Assembly: GCF_001194135.2 (NCBI RefSeq)
Contig: NC_068988.1
Location: forward strand, 78,088,906 to 78,122,189
Direction: 5' to 3'
Source of the DNA: Octopus bimaculoides
Lineage: Eukaryota
DNA: 33,284 nucleotides
Shown here: piece by piece, positions 1-10,898 of the stretch
Layout: each line of letters starts with the position of its first letter
Position numbering within the stretch: position 1 is the first letter of the stretch
Notes under the pieces: generated by a model
What the model saw: only the letters and a program-made list of their open reading frames with translations
Told to the model about the DNA's origin: nothing
The model's database searches: none
Program-made: the position numbers and the translations under genes

Positions 1-40
<40 letters not shown>

Positions 41-72
41 TACACACATACACATACACATAATACATATAT
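1..72. repeat. (TA)n/(CA)n compound microsatellite
   Basis: Directly visible. Confidence 0.95.
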
Positions 73-1259
73 ACAAAACAACTTATTTACCTAAGTTTTA
101 ACATTATCTCCTTCGAAATAATCACCTTGCACTGCAATACACCAGTCCCAACATTCCTGCCACCTTTAGAATCTGCACTGGAAGTCATTTTTAGTAAATG
201 AGTTGAGGACCTTCTGCGATTCACTCTTGATTTCAACAACAATTTTAAAATGGCAATCTTTAAGCGACATTTTCATCTTGGAGAAGAGATGGAGGTCCAC
301 AGATGCTAAATCTGGTGAATAGGGCAGGTGTTTAAGCAATACCTGTTGTTTTTCGCAATAAACTCACAAGTGAGGAGAGCTTAATGTCTGTGTGCATTAT
401 CTTTGTGAAGAATTCAATTCTTCTTGCTCCACAGATCCAGTCACTTTCACTGAATGGCCTCCTACAAATGCTTCAAGATATCACAGTAAAACTTTCGATT
501 GATGGTCTGGCCACGGAGGATGTATTCTCAATGCACAATACTGCAGGTGTCAAAAAAACGATGAGCACGCTCTTGATTGAGCTGCAGTTCAGTCATACCT
601 TCTTCCATTGTGACAACTGCTGCTTCATCTCAGGGTCATACCTGTAGACCCAACTATCATCACCAATGATGATCTTTGACATGAAGGAGGGGTCATCAGC
701 AGCACACTTACAGAGATCTTGACAGACTTCAACACAATACTCTTTCTGCTCAGTGAATTCATGTTCAGTTCTGATGTTAGGGTTGCACGTGCAGACCCAT
801 ACAACAGACAAACAACATAGGCAATGTCGTTTGATTGTCCTCTGACGATCTTCATGCATGAGCTGATGAATTTTCTTCACATTTCCAGGGGTGATGCTTG
901 TGGCAGGTCTTCCAGATCACTTATTGTCTTTCAGGGACGTTCTTCTGCTTTTGAAGTACCTATGCCACTTGAAACATTATGCACGACTCATTTCTTCATC
1001 ACTGTAAGCTTGCCAAAGCTTGCTGAATTTCTCTGTAGCAGACTTCCCAAGTTTAATGCAAAATTTCACATTGGCTTTTTGTTCCAACTTCCTGTCCATC
1101 ACAAAAACATTTTTCACAACTTGAAATATAAATACAGTGATGTCACTCGGCACACTACCTCATGAAGGTCACTGCTAGCTCTCATTGCAGATGCAACCGC
1201 GTGCTGCCATCTGTTGGTGCACTACAGAAATAGTCCAGGAACTTTTTGACTCCACCTTG
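70..1259 (-). mobile_element. Decayed mariner (DD34D-type) DNA transposon, one TIR retained
   Basis: Minus-strand fragments: IIIGDDSWVYRYDPEMKQQLSQWK (ORF 593-880, matches mariner ITGDETW.Y.YDPETKQQS.QW), SPDLASVDLHLFSKMK near 270-320 (YSPDLAP motif) and C-terminal CIAVQGDYFEG near 107-145. Right end reads gtccaggaactttttgactccaccttg followed by TA (1260-1261). The left TIR is replaced by microsatellite. Confidence 0.9.
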
Positions 1260-1289
1260 TAGATAGAACATAGAACCTATGGGAGAAAT

Positions 1290-2823
1290 CTCCAGTATAC
1301 ATGATAAAAAAATTACTTAACAGAAGCAGTCTAAATGGAAAACAAAACTTGAACATAACATCAACAATTTGCACCATCATGATGAATAGTTAACCATGAT
1401 GACAAAATGTAATGGAAATAATAAGTTTTCACATCATCAATTACATCTTATGCAAATATTTACAAAACTATGATGACTTTTCAAACCAAGCACTTGAGGA
1501 AAAGCTAATTACTGTTGAGCATGAACTCAAGATGATGAGTGAAAAACCCCACTATTAAAGGAAAACTTTTGAGCAAGCCAGTATAAATCACAAATTTGCT
1601 TCCAATCCAAAGGCATTATACAAAAAGATGAGAAACAAAAACATTACTGTTAAGAAAGTCAGCTCTCAAAAAGAGCATGTGCCATTCCAAGATCTGGAAT
1701 GAAAAGAGAAAATTCAACCTTAATGGGAAAGCACCTGGAAGAGACCTAATAGTTGGATATTGGTACATTTTGCAGAAAATTATTGACATATATACTCAAA
1801 ATGATTATGGAAGGCAAGTGACATATCAAATTGGCACAGAAAAATCATTTAACCAAGAATGAAACCACCAAGTTGGCAGAAAACTATAGACTCATTTCTT
1901 AACTAAGTATTATGTAGAAGCTGTCTCAACCATTTCCTCCAGGATCATTATGGGTTCAACCACATAGTGATCGATGAGCATGTAGTTGGAAAGAAAAGAG
2001 TTTGGGGTTGTGGGAAACAGATTTCGATAAACAAAATCTAGCTGTTCAAAGTAAGGAAACACTGTGCAGAAACCTTGTGACAGTATGGCTTCATTATAGG
2101 AAAGCATTCAACTATTCCCCACTCAGAGTTTGGATACTTGACTGGTCTGCTGAGGAAATCTACTTCATAGACATTAAAACCCACAAATCCTGACATCAAC
2201 TGGAAACTTCCACAGAAGCAATGATACTGACAGCTCTAAGAAGAGATGAAGGCAGTGGAGGCTTAAGATCAGTGTGAAAGACATCACATGGGTGATTAAC
2301 AGCTGTCCAAAAGTATCATCAAGCTATTACTTCCCAATGCAACATGATGTCGCTTAAAAAAATACTGAAAGCCATCCAAAAAAAAAAAAAAGAAAAGACT
2401 GTTTTGAGATAAATATAAAGAATACTCCTATTTATTGAATATATACATGAACATTAAAGCAAAGAATGCTGGAAGAACATCCCCATAAAACTTCTACCAA
2501 GTGCATGCATAATAAGTTAAATATCATTGTTTGTGACAGCCAAGACAAAAGTATGTACTGTCATAGAGGTCAGCTGCGCTGCTGATATGAATATTTCATC
2601 AAAAATTAAAGAGAACCGGGATAACTACAGACAACTGCTATGAAACCTTCAGCTGCAATACTCAGATTGTAAATTCACATTTATACCAATTATAATTTGA
2701 GCATTTGATTTTGTGTCTAAAGTTTTCAGAAGGAGAATCAACCAGTTAACACACACATTATTTATACAATCTGTAAGTGGAACAGTAAAAACATGCAAGA
2801 CTTTTCTCAAGTTCAAAATATGA
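1290..2823 (+). mobile_element. R4/Dong-like (RLE-class) non-LTR retrotransposon remnant, internally deleted
   Basis: Patches in order: INHKFASNPKALYKKMR (~1585-1630), SKIWNE..KAPGRDLIVGYWY (ORF 1677), RNLVTVWLHYRKAFN (RT domain 3, ORF 2002), EDITWVINSCPK..YYFPMQHDV (CCHC knuckle/RHD region, ~2275-2350), KVCTVIEVSCAADMNISSKIKE..YRQLL (PD-(D/E)xK RLE), ending IQSVSGTVKTCKTFLKFKI* (stop 2821-2823). Confidence 0.8.
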
Positions 2824-2967
2824 CATCGTTTTTGTGATCTACATTCCAATGATATATCTATGTTATACACCAGTCCCTTCTTTAGAGAAAGATTTTAATT
2901 AATCAAAAATAGAAGTGAACTCACATACATACACACATACATACATACATACATACATACATACATA

Positions 2968-4038
2968 CAGTAGCGGCCATAATATAAGGGCCAGTAAGAA
3001 CAAGTGTATTGAAATATTTATTATAGAAGATTAACAAAACATTGAGACTAAATATTTTACACATATTTAGATATATCTAATATCTATTTTTTGTGAAAAT
3101 TTCAAGTGAATGGAATACATATTTCGTAAGTTATGAGGAATTAAACAGATAATCTTCCAAACTGCAACAGCCAAAAGTTAAGGGTCACTTAGAAAACCGA
3201 TAAAAAATGGAACAAGAACATCCCTTTATTATTAGTGACCTCCTGTTACCACAGGACTGAATTAATTTCTTGCAAAATGATGGAGTAATATTGTTCCATT
3301 CGTTTTTCAATAATTCCCAGAGTTCATCTTGGTTCTTTGAATTTCTTCTTTGCACCCCATCTCTAATAATCTTCCAAACATTTTCTATAGGGTTGAGATC
3401 AGGACTTTGAGGTGGCCAGTCCATCACTCAAAATGTTTGAGTCTCTTCGCAGTGTGACAGGGAGCGTTTTCATGCACAAAGATAGGAGGTTGAACTGATG
3501 AGGATTGGAGATGTGGAAGGGCATGCTGTCTAAGAATCTGCTTGTAGATTTCAATATTGACAGTCCCTTGTAGGCGAATAAGTAGACCAGGACCAGTAGC
3601 AGAGATCACTCCTCATACCATTACATTGCCACCTCCATATTTCATTGTCTCCTTCATACATGCACAAGATAACCTTTCATCACTTCTTTGTTGGATGTAC
3701 ATCCCACTATTGGAACCAATCACATTAAACTTCGATTCATTGCTAAAATGAACTTGCGACCACTATTCTCCTCTCCAAATGACATATTCATGAGTAAAGC
3801 AAAGATGGGCTCTTTGATTCTTCTTGGAGATCAGAGGTTTCTTTGCCAATGCCCAAGCAAGCAGCCCAGAACCTCGTAAAATATTTATTCCATTCACTTG
3901 AAATTTTCATGAAAGATAGATATTAGATATATTATCTAAACATGTGGAAAATATCTACTCTTAAGGTGGTGTCAATCTTCCATAATAACTATTTCAATAT
4001 ACTTGCTCTTACTGACCCTTATATTATGGCCACTACTG
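2968..4038 (-). mobile_element. Tc1-family (DD34E-type) transposon, internally deleted, long TIRs
   Basis: TIR cagtagcggccataatataagggccagtaaga (2968-2999) vs reverse complement of 4007-4038 (2 mismatches in 32 bp), with similarity extending ~165 bp. TA on both flanks. Minus-strand FSNESKFN (~3725-3750), HENAPCH (ORF 3424-3609) and WPPQSPDLNPIENVW (ORF 3185-3427). Confidence 0.95.
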
Positions 4039-4609
4039 TACATACATACATACATACATACATACAAGCATACAAGCATACATATTAACACAATAATGTT
4101 GATATTTAATTAACATTATAGTAAGTAAAATAATATTAATATTCTTTTAAGGAGTTTTTAATTTCTCTGGGGTTGAAATTTCAGTTGCTATAAATTCTTT
4201 TTGGCAGTTATTTTAACTGCACCTCGACATCTTAGCATATTGGGTTTAATAATAGGTTGAGGCCATATGTGACCGAAAATAATTGAAAATATGAAACTAA
4301 ACAAAAAGAAAGTAAATAAAGAATGAGAGAGAAAATACTTCGAAAATAATTGTTTGGAAACAAAATATCTAGAAAATAGAGGTAAAGAAAATTGGTTACC
4401 ACACTATATACACATACATCCATGCATACATACACAACAAACAAGCAAACCACACATACACACACACCATACACATATATACAAACAGCACACACACATT
4501 ACAAGTACAACACACATAAAAACTCAAACTCTCATGTTCATTTTATTGTCCATTTTTCTTGTACAATGACAGCACGAGTTGAATAAAGATACAGACTGTC
4601 ATGTATATA

Positions 4610-4643
4610 CATACGTATGTGTGTGTGTGACTCTGTGTGTGTG

Positions 4644-4675
<32 letters not shown>

Positions 4676-4740
4676 ACTCTCTGTGTGTGTATGTGTATAT
4701 ATGTATGTGTGTGTGTGTGTTTATATGATATTATATATAT
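4610..4740. repeat. (TG)n compound microsatellite
   Basis: Directly visible; explains ORFs 4232-4852. Confidence 0.95.
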
Positions 4741-4869
4741 GTCCAGCTATAGAAACCATGTCAGAACAGACAATGGAGCCTGGTGTGGCCCTTGGCCTTA
4801 CCAGCTCTGGTCAAACCATTCAACCCATGCCAGCATGGAAAACGGACCATAAATGATGATGATGATGAT
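4741..4869 (+). mobile_element. 3' end of RTE-like LINE (or LINE-tailed SINE) with (GAT)n tail
   Basis: tggagcctgg...caaaccattcaacccatgccagcatggaaaacggac..aaatgatgatgatgat. The same terminus occurs at 6126-6240, 16440-16560 (-) and 28039-28200 (-), where it is continuous with RT sequence. Confidence 0.8.
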
Positions 4870-5251
4870 ATTTATTTATTTAATAACTGCAGTTGAGTCA
4901 GCTTCGCATTATTTGAAGTTTCATGGATACAGAACAAAGATTCAGAATTGAGAGGATTTAAGAGAAATTAAAAATTTCTTCTGAGTGAGAATATTCTGGA
5001 ATAAATTGGTCATCTCAATTCATGTGAGTACTTCAGTTAGCCAGTGTCCTGTAGGGTGTGACATTTTAAAGACTATAATTACTATAAGAAGAGATAACCA
5101 GTTTTGTGGGTTTAGGCTACATACCATTTTGCATGGGTGCATGATAAAAATATACTCAGATGATAGTAGGTTACAGATATCATACACTTGATAAGCAATA
5201 ATCCTACTATGGATGGCCAGGACAGCTAAACCTAAGAGGATCTTTTTACAG

Positions 5252-5289
<38 letters not shown>

Positions 5290-5374
5290 GATATGCAGGG
5301 CAGGGAATCGTCAATTAGTAATAAAACTAATAATTAACAATTTAGCGTGAGTTATTTAGACATTAACAAATTTA

Positions 5375-5450
5375 TTAGAATATTTAGCTGAAGATCAGAA
5401 TAGAGTATTCTTTACTCTTAACTGTGAAACGATCGTACTAAATTAACTAA
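5375..5450 (+). ncRNA. Candidate type I hammerhead ribozyme (intact core)
   Basis: Stem I atttag(5382-87)/ctaaat(5438-43); CTGAAGA 5388-94; stem II 5395-5425 (cag/ctg and agagta/tactct); GAAA 5426-29; palindromic stem III acgatcgt 5429-36; GUA cleavage triplet ending 5437. Confidence 0.75.
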
Positions 5451-5555
5451 AGGCAGGTGGTTTTTTTACTCTTCTCTACTGTTTTTTGTTCTGTGTGTAT
5501 CAAAAATATCGCTATCAATTTAGAGTAATAATTTGTAGTTTTGGAATCAGTAGTT

Positions 5556-6097
5556 NNNNNNNNNNNNNNNNNNNNNNNNNNNNNNNNNNNNNNNNNNNNN
5601 NNNNNNNNNNNNNNNNNNNNNNNNNNNNNNNNNNNNNNNNNNNNNNNNNNNNNNNNNNNNNNNNNNNNNNNNNNNNNNNNNNNNNNNNNNNNNNNNNNNN
5701 NNNNNNNNNNNNNNNNNNNNNNNNNNNNNNNNNNNNNNNNNNNNNNNNNNNNNNNNNNNNNNNNNNNNNNNNNNNNNNNNNNNNNNNNNNNNNNNNNNNN
5801 NNNNNNNNNNNNNNNNNNNNNNNNNNNNNNNNNNNNNNNNNNNNNNNNNNNNNNNNNNNNNNNNNNNNNNNNNNNNNNNNNNNNNNNNNNNNNNNNNNNN
5901 NNNNNNNNNNNNNNNNNNNNNNNNNNNNNNNNNNNNNNNNNNNNNNNNNNNNNNNNNNNNNNNNNNNNNNNNNNNNNNNNNNNNNNNNNNNNNNNNNNNN
6001 NNNNNNNNNNNNNNNNNNNNNNNNNNNNNNNNNNNNNNNNNNNNNNNNNNNNNNNNNNNNNNNNNNNNNNNNNNNNNNNNNNNNNNNNNNNNNNNNN
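5556..6097. other. Assembly gap (N run)
   Basis: Run of N; source of the poly-X ORFs. Confidence 1.
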
Positions 6098-6104
6098 TAT
6101 ATAT

Positions 6105-6240
6105 GGCTCCAATCTAACTCTGCCAAGTTAGATTGGAGCCTGGTGTTGCCATCCGGTTTCACCAGTCCTCAGTCAAATCGTCCAACCCATGCTAGCATGG
6201 AAAGCGGACGTTAAACGATGATGATGATGATGATGATGAT
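6105..6240 (+). mobile_element. 3' end of RTE-like LINE with (GAT)n tail, 5' junction folded back
   Basis: agattggagcctggtgttgcc...ccaacccatgctagcatggaaagcggacgttaaacgatgatgatgat. Confidence 0.8.
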
Positions 6241-6417
6241 ATATATTTGTAAGGGAAATTTCTATTCCCAAGAGTATACTTATTCGTTTATATATATATA
6301 AAGGGCATTACTACAGAATAATGTCACACACTAGACTTCCCAAATAAATACATTTTAGTACCGAATGCGAGGAAAACAGCTTTGAAAGAAACCAACATTT
6401 AAAAAAAAATAAACTCA

Positions 6418-6480
6418 ACTATGTATCGACCGATTTCACGATTACCAGAATTAAATCTAGTTTCTGTTCGTCAGCATAGT
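6418..6480 (-). ncRNA. Candidate decayed type I hammerhead ribozyme
   Basis: Minus strand: actatg-CTGACGA(6474-68)-30-nt stem II region with cagaa/ttctg-GAAA(6437-34)-tcggtc (accggt-like palindrome, GUC)-gata-catagt. Stem I register is offset by 4 nt. Confidence 0.45.
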
Positions 6481-6486
6481 ATACTT

Positions 6487-7056
6487 ACCAACAAAAGTAG
6501 AAGCTCTCTGAACTTTTCCCAGCCCATTCTTATTCTTTCAACTATGCTTTCAGAACATCCTCCTCCACTGCTAACCTGGTCTCCTAGGTAATAGAAGTTG
6601 CCTACTACTTCTAATGATACTCTACCCACCCACACCAAGCATTTGAGGGAGTCTATTCTCTGTGCATTTTAGAGTTTATTGTAGCTGTACATTTGCCACG
6701 AAAACTACATTCTCCATTAACCTTCCTGTGATACCACTACATATCTTATGTGTCCAAAGCTTGTATTGGGTACAATGGATGGAGTTTCTACCAACACCCT
6801 TCAACATATTGAGCAGGGCCATCTCCCTGAAGGGACTTGTGATTTGCCTGTTTTCCTACTTACTAGGACTTTGGTTTTTGCTAAATTAACTCTAAGGCCC
6901 TTATATTACAGGCCTTGCTTCAGCATCTGAAATTTCTTCTCTAGGTCAGGTAGTGAGTGATTCAGCTATAAGAACAAGGTCATCAGTATAGTGAACCTCC
7001 CAGAGACAGCTAATCTTGAATTCCTCTGTTAAGGCCTGGAGGACTAAGATAAACAT
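6487..7056 (-). mobile_element. RTE-like LINE RT fragment (domains 5-7 with Cys-rich insert)
   Basis: Minus strand: FILVLQALTEEFKISCLWEVHYTDDLVLIAES..KGLRVNLAKTKVL..WPCSIC..GVGRNSI..LWTHKIC..LEVVGNFYYLGDQVSSGGGCSESI.ERIRMGWEKFRELL. Confidence 0.85.
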
Positions 7057-7171
7057 ATGTATGTATGCCATTATTCTGTTTATTTCAAGATTTCCTGCCA
7101 ATAGGGAAAAAACTGTTTTCTAACCTGAATCCAAGCCTCCTTCATTGAAATTTCAACAACATCAACAGGGT

Positions 7172-7330
7172 ATGTATGTATGTATGTATGTATGTATGTA
7201 TGCCTGCATGTATGCATGTATGGATAGATGGATGGATGGATGGATGGATGGATGGATGGATGGATGGATGGAGGGAGGGATGGATGGATGGATGGATGTA
7301 TGGATGGATGTATGTGTGTGTATGTATATG
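7172..7330. repeat. (TATG)n/(GATG)n compound microsatellite
   Basis: Directly visible; explains ORFs 7142-7455. Confidence 0.95.
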
Positions 7331-7404
7331 TGCAGAGTTGTATGTTTGTTTTATGTATGTATTCTCATGCATATAGTTGCATATTTAGACAACCCCACAT
7401 ATAC

Positions 7405-7895
7405 TTAAATGATAAACTTCGGCATAGAGGAACTCCCAAGGGCAACCAGTCTTAAATTCCTCAGTAATAGCTTGGAGGACTAGGATAAACAAGAGGGGGC
7501 TAAGAACTGATCCCTGGTGGACTCCTACTTGTACACTAAATTCCTTGTTGTACTCATTAGCAACTTTCACCTTACTGATAGCATCCCTGTACATGGTTTT
7601 TACATCTCTCACCAACCATTCATCTATCCCAAGCTTTCACATTGCCCACTTTCTCCATGTCAACAAAAGCTAGGTACGGAGGGTTATTTTTGGCCAGGTC
7701 TCTTCAGGGAGATGGCCCTGCTCAATATGTTGAAGTGTGTTGGTAGAAACTCCATAGTAGCATCAGTGGTGCTTCTACTTGGCATAAATCCAAACTGCAT
7801 CTCATCTGGGCTAACTCTCTTCCTAATGAATTGAGTTATGACCCTTTCTGTAACTTTCATCATCTGGCCTAGCAATTTGATGCCTCTGTAATATA
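7405..7895 (-). mobile_element. Second RTE-like LINE RT fragment (domains 1-5)
   Basis: Minus strand: GQMMKVTERVITQFIRKRVSPDEMQFGFMPSRSTTDA (ORF 7684-7875), [46 protein letters not shown] (ORF 7385-7615). Confidence 0.9.
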
Positions 7896-7909
7896 ATTTC
7901 TGTCTAAGT

Positions 7910-7912
<3 letters not shown>

Positions 7913-7960
<48 letters not shown>

Positions 7961-8008
7961 CATACATACATACATACATACATACACACATGCATATATA
8001 TATATATA
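7913..8008. repeat. (TA)n/(CATA)n microsatellite
   Basis: Directly visible. Confidence 0.95.
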
Positions 8009-8306
8009 GTTATATTTAAGAAAGAATACATGATAAACTCCTATTTTCCCTCAGATTAAAGGTTGCACGTAGAAGTGCTCAAGAAACTCAGACATGAGAC
8101 AGAGGATATATGTATACATATACATATATATATATAGCTGAGGATAACACCAGATAATTCAGTCCACAAACAATAATCCTACTCACTTTCATCAATAGAA
8201 TTGGTGTAGAAGAATCACCAGATGCACATAGTTTATTATAATATAGAATATATTAAAATACATAGATACCTTAAAAATATATAATATATAGATATATTAA
8301 AGATAT

Positions 8307-8686
8307 CAGGAGTGGCTGTTACCAACCATATGTTTCAGGTTCAGTCCCACTGTGTGGCACCTTGGGTAAGTGTCTTCTACTATAGCCTTGGGCTATGGCC
8401 TTGTGAGTGGATTTGGTGGACAGGAACACTGAAAGAAGCCCATTGTATGTGTGTGTGAGTGTTTGTGTGTATGTTTGCGTGTCTATGCTTGTTCCCCCAC
8501 CATCACCTGACAACTGTTGCTGGTGTGTTTATATCCCTGTAACTTAGCAGTTTGGCAAAAGAGACCAATAGAATAAGTACTATGCTTACAAAAGAATAAG
8601 TGCTGGGGTCAATTTGTTTGACTAAATGCAGTGCTCCAGCATGGCCATAGTCAAATGACTCAAACAGCTAAAAGAATAAAAGAATA
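8307..8686 (+). mobile_element. tRNA-derived SINE (family A) with internal (TG)n and TAAAAGAA tail
   Basis: caggagtggctg..ggttcagtcccactg (B-box-like)..ccttgtgagtggatttgg..gaaagaagccc..(tg)n..gaataagtac..ctccagcatggcc..taaaagaataaaagaa. Homologous to 14726-15068, 21618-22008 and 32590-32900. Confidence 0.9.
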
Positions 8687-10898
8687 TAAATACATTAAAA
8701 ATATATAGGGTAACTTGATACATTTAGAGATACATTTAGAGATGTGAACATTGATACATAAATATATTAAAATATATCAAGGTTGTATAAATATAAACAT
8801 ATATATAAAAAGTGGTCCGACTCAGAGAATAAAAATGAAATTAATGAGTTAAGAAAGTAAAGTGTAATATATTAAGTGTCCTATGGCCATTTCTGGGGGT
8901 TAATTGCCCATAAAAATAAAGGGTATATATTCCCATTACTGAGCAATGCCTCATTCTTCAGAGTCAATAGTGGTTGTACAAGTTCACATTTAGTAGTTGT
9001 TGAAATGATGCAATGAGTTTGAGTAATTTTATAGATCAAGAATTCATAGAGGTACAAGGCGAAGGTTGGGGAAGAAGGGAATATTTTTTTTAAAATAAAT
9101 TAAATTAGTGATTAGAAAATTGATGAGAGTTAGTTTAACTAAGTACATTAGTTCAATTCTTTACCTGAATCCGAAAGTGCAAAAATGTTGAATAATACCT
9201 ATGTTTGCATGAGTAAACTATGTTCGAAAGTTTATATATATATATTCAACAGTATCAGTACCAAGCACTATTCAGGCATAAGTAAACTTTAGGTTAGTTA
9301 AAATATGTTTGCTACAACTGACCAGAGTTTCCTCTCTTCAGTATTTTCCATTGATAATGCTAAAGAGCTAGAAATGTTGCATCTTGGAATTTGATAGATG
9401 GCAACAGTGGGCAGATATGATGTTTTTACACCTTTTATCTTAAGAGAGAACATTTTCGCTACAGTATCTCCAGTGAATATGCTGTTAGAAGTGGAAATAT
9501 GTCACAAACATATTTTAACTAACCTAAAGTTCACATATAAAAACACCCATGCAGTGCCATGTAAAAGCACCCATCCAGCTGTAGGATATGGCTTGTATAA
9601 GTAATGCAAAGCAGACAATACTTGATCAATAAATTGTATTTATCAACATATGCCATATCCTTCTTTGCATACTGAATTGGATAGAAATTCTGATAAGATG
9701 ACCACCATTAAACAACTCCAATAAATAACAACAAAAGTTGCTAACGATGTGGCTGTAAAACAGTAGATGTAGGGTATGAACTTGTAAACAACTGGTAAAA
9801 ATGTATCTAATGACAAGGGAAATTGACCATATATGTCTTACTTAAAGTTACATACTTTTGTTTGCTTTTCCTTTGAAACATATGTTGTACATATTTACAT
9901 ACTCCATTCTCTACAACTACTGCATATATGTGTGTGTGTGTGTGTGTGTGTATCCGTGTGCATGTATGTATATATTTATACATGTAGTCTCCATTGATGG
10001 TTTGGTGTAGTTATGATCATAGGTCATCCATGATCCAGCAGACCTAAGAACATATCCAATCTACTCATGACAATTCCCTATATTTTAGTCATTCAAAACA
10101 TATCAGAACTACATCAATATCTCTGATATGACAGCTAAAGGAGATGTGGCTATTATGTCTAGCAAATCAAATCATCACATGGACGCTCTTTCATTGTAAT
10201 TTGCTGTACTCTTTAATTTAGAAAGCTTTACATCAGTGGCTCTCAGTTGTTCTCAGTCCCGTAAGGGACCACAAAACGATTTTAGGAGGACCATGAATGG
10301 ATGCTAAAGTATCATGAAAGCAGGTGGCTTGAGACAGTTAAATTTTAAAATTTCAAGACTTCTAATTTTTCGCATGCTGTCATCCTTGTTTTATCATTGA
10401 CTTCAAAATGCCATGCCACTCCTAGACACTCATTTGCTAATCACACTTGTTGTACAACAGGTGTGAATGGCTAATGGAAAATTTGCAGGTATAATGGTTG
10501 ATCATGCATGTGCTGTTGCTATCCTATGCTCACATGTTTCACCACTCCACTACTGCAATCTACACGTCTCTCACTATTGTTATCTTCACCAGTATGTGTT
10601 CCTGCATGTTGGCTGGGCTTTGTAAGGCGTGGCTGTTTTTCATGGCAATATGTTCTGACAGAACTGTTTCCTCAACAGTTATCAACTCACAGAGGTTTAT
10701 CTATGGAAAAACAATGCTCGCATATGCTTTGGTTTTCTTCCACAACTAATAGTGAGAGGTAAGCTTTATTGCTAATTAGTACACCCAAAAGCTGGTTACA
10801 ATAAGGCATATATGCATACCCATAGTATATGATAAATGCAAAATAAATATACAGTGTAGTTATATTAAATTGGTTTACTGAATTTTATCTTTTTTACA

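Noticed and set aside
4254-4285. ggttga-ggccatatgtgacc-gaaa hammerhead-like half
   Set aside because: Stem II and GAAA are suggestive, but the CUGA core, stem III and stem I are not recoverable.
4232-4852. Low-complexity ORFs (VCVC, HTHT, MDGW, YIYI) here and elsewhere
   Set aside because: Read-through of microsatellites with no coding signature.
5447-6214. Long ORFs of 196-255 aa here and at 26544-27311
   Set aside because: They are poly-X translations of N gaps.
9524-9625. Minus-strand LYKPYPTAGWVLLHG resembling the PIGU/Gab1 KPYPTLGD motif, as a possible exon
   Set aside because: The conserved D is W, downstream spacing is off, there are in-frame stops just upstream and the acceptor is weak. 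Not supportable without a homology search.
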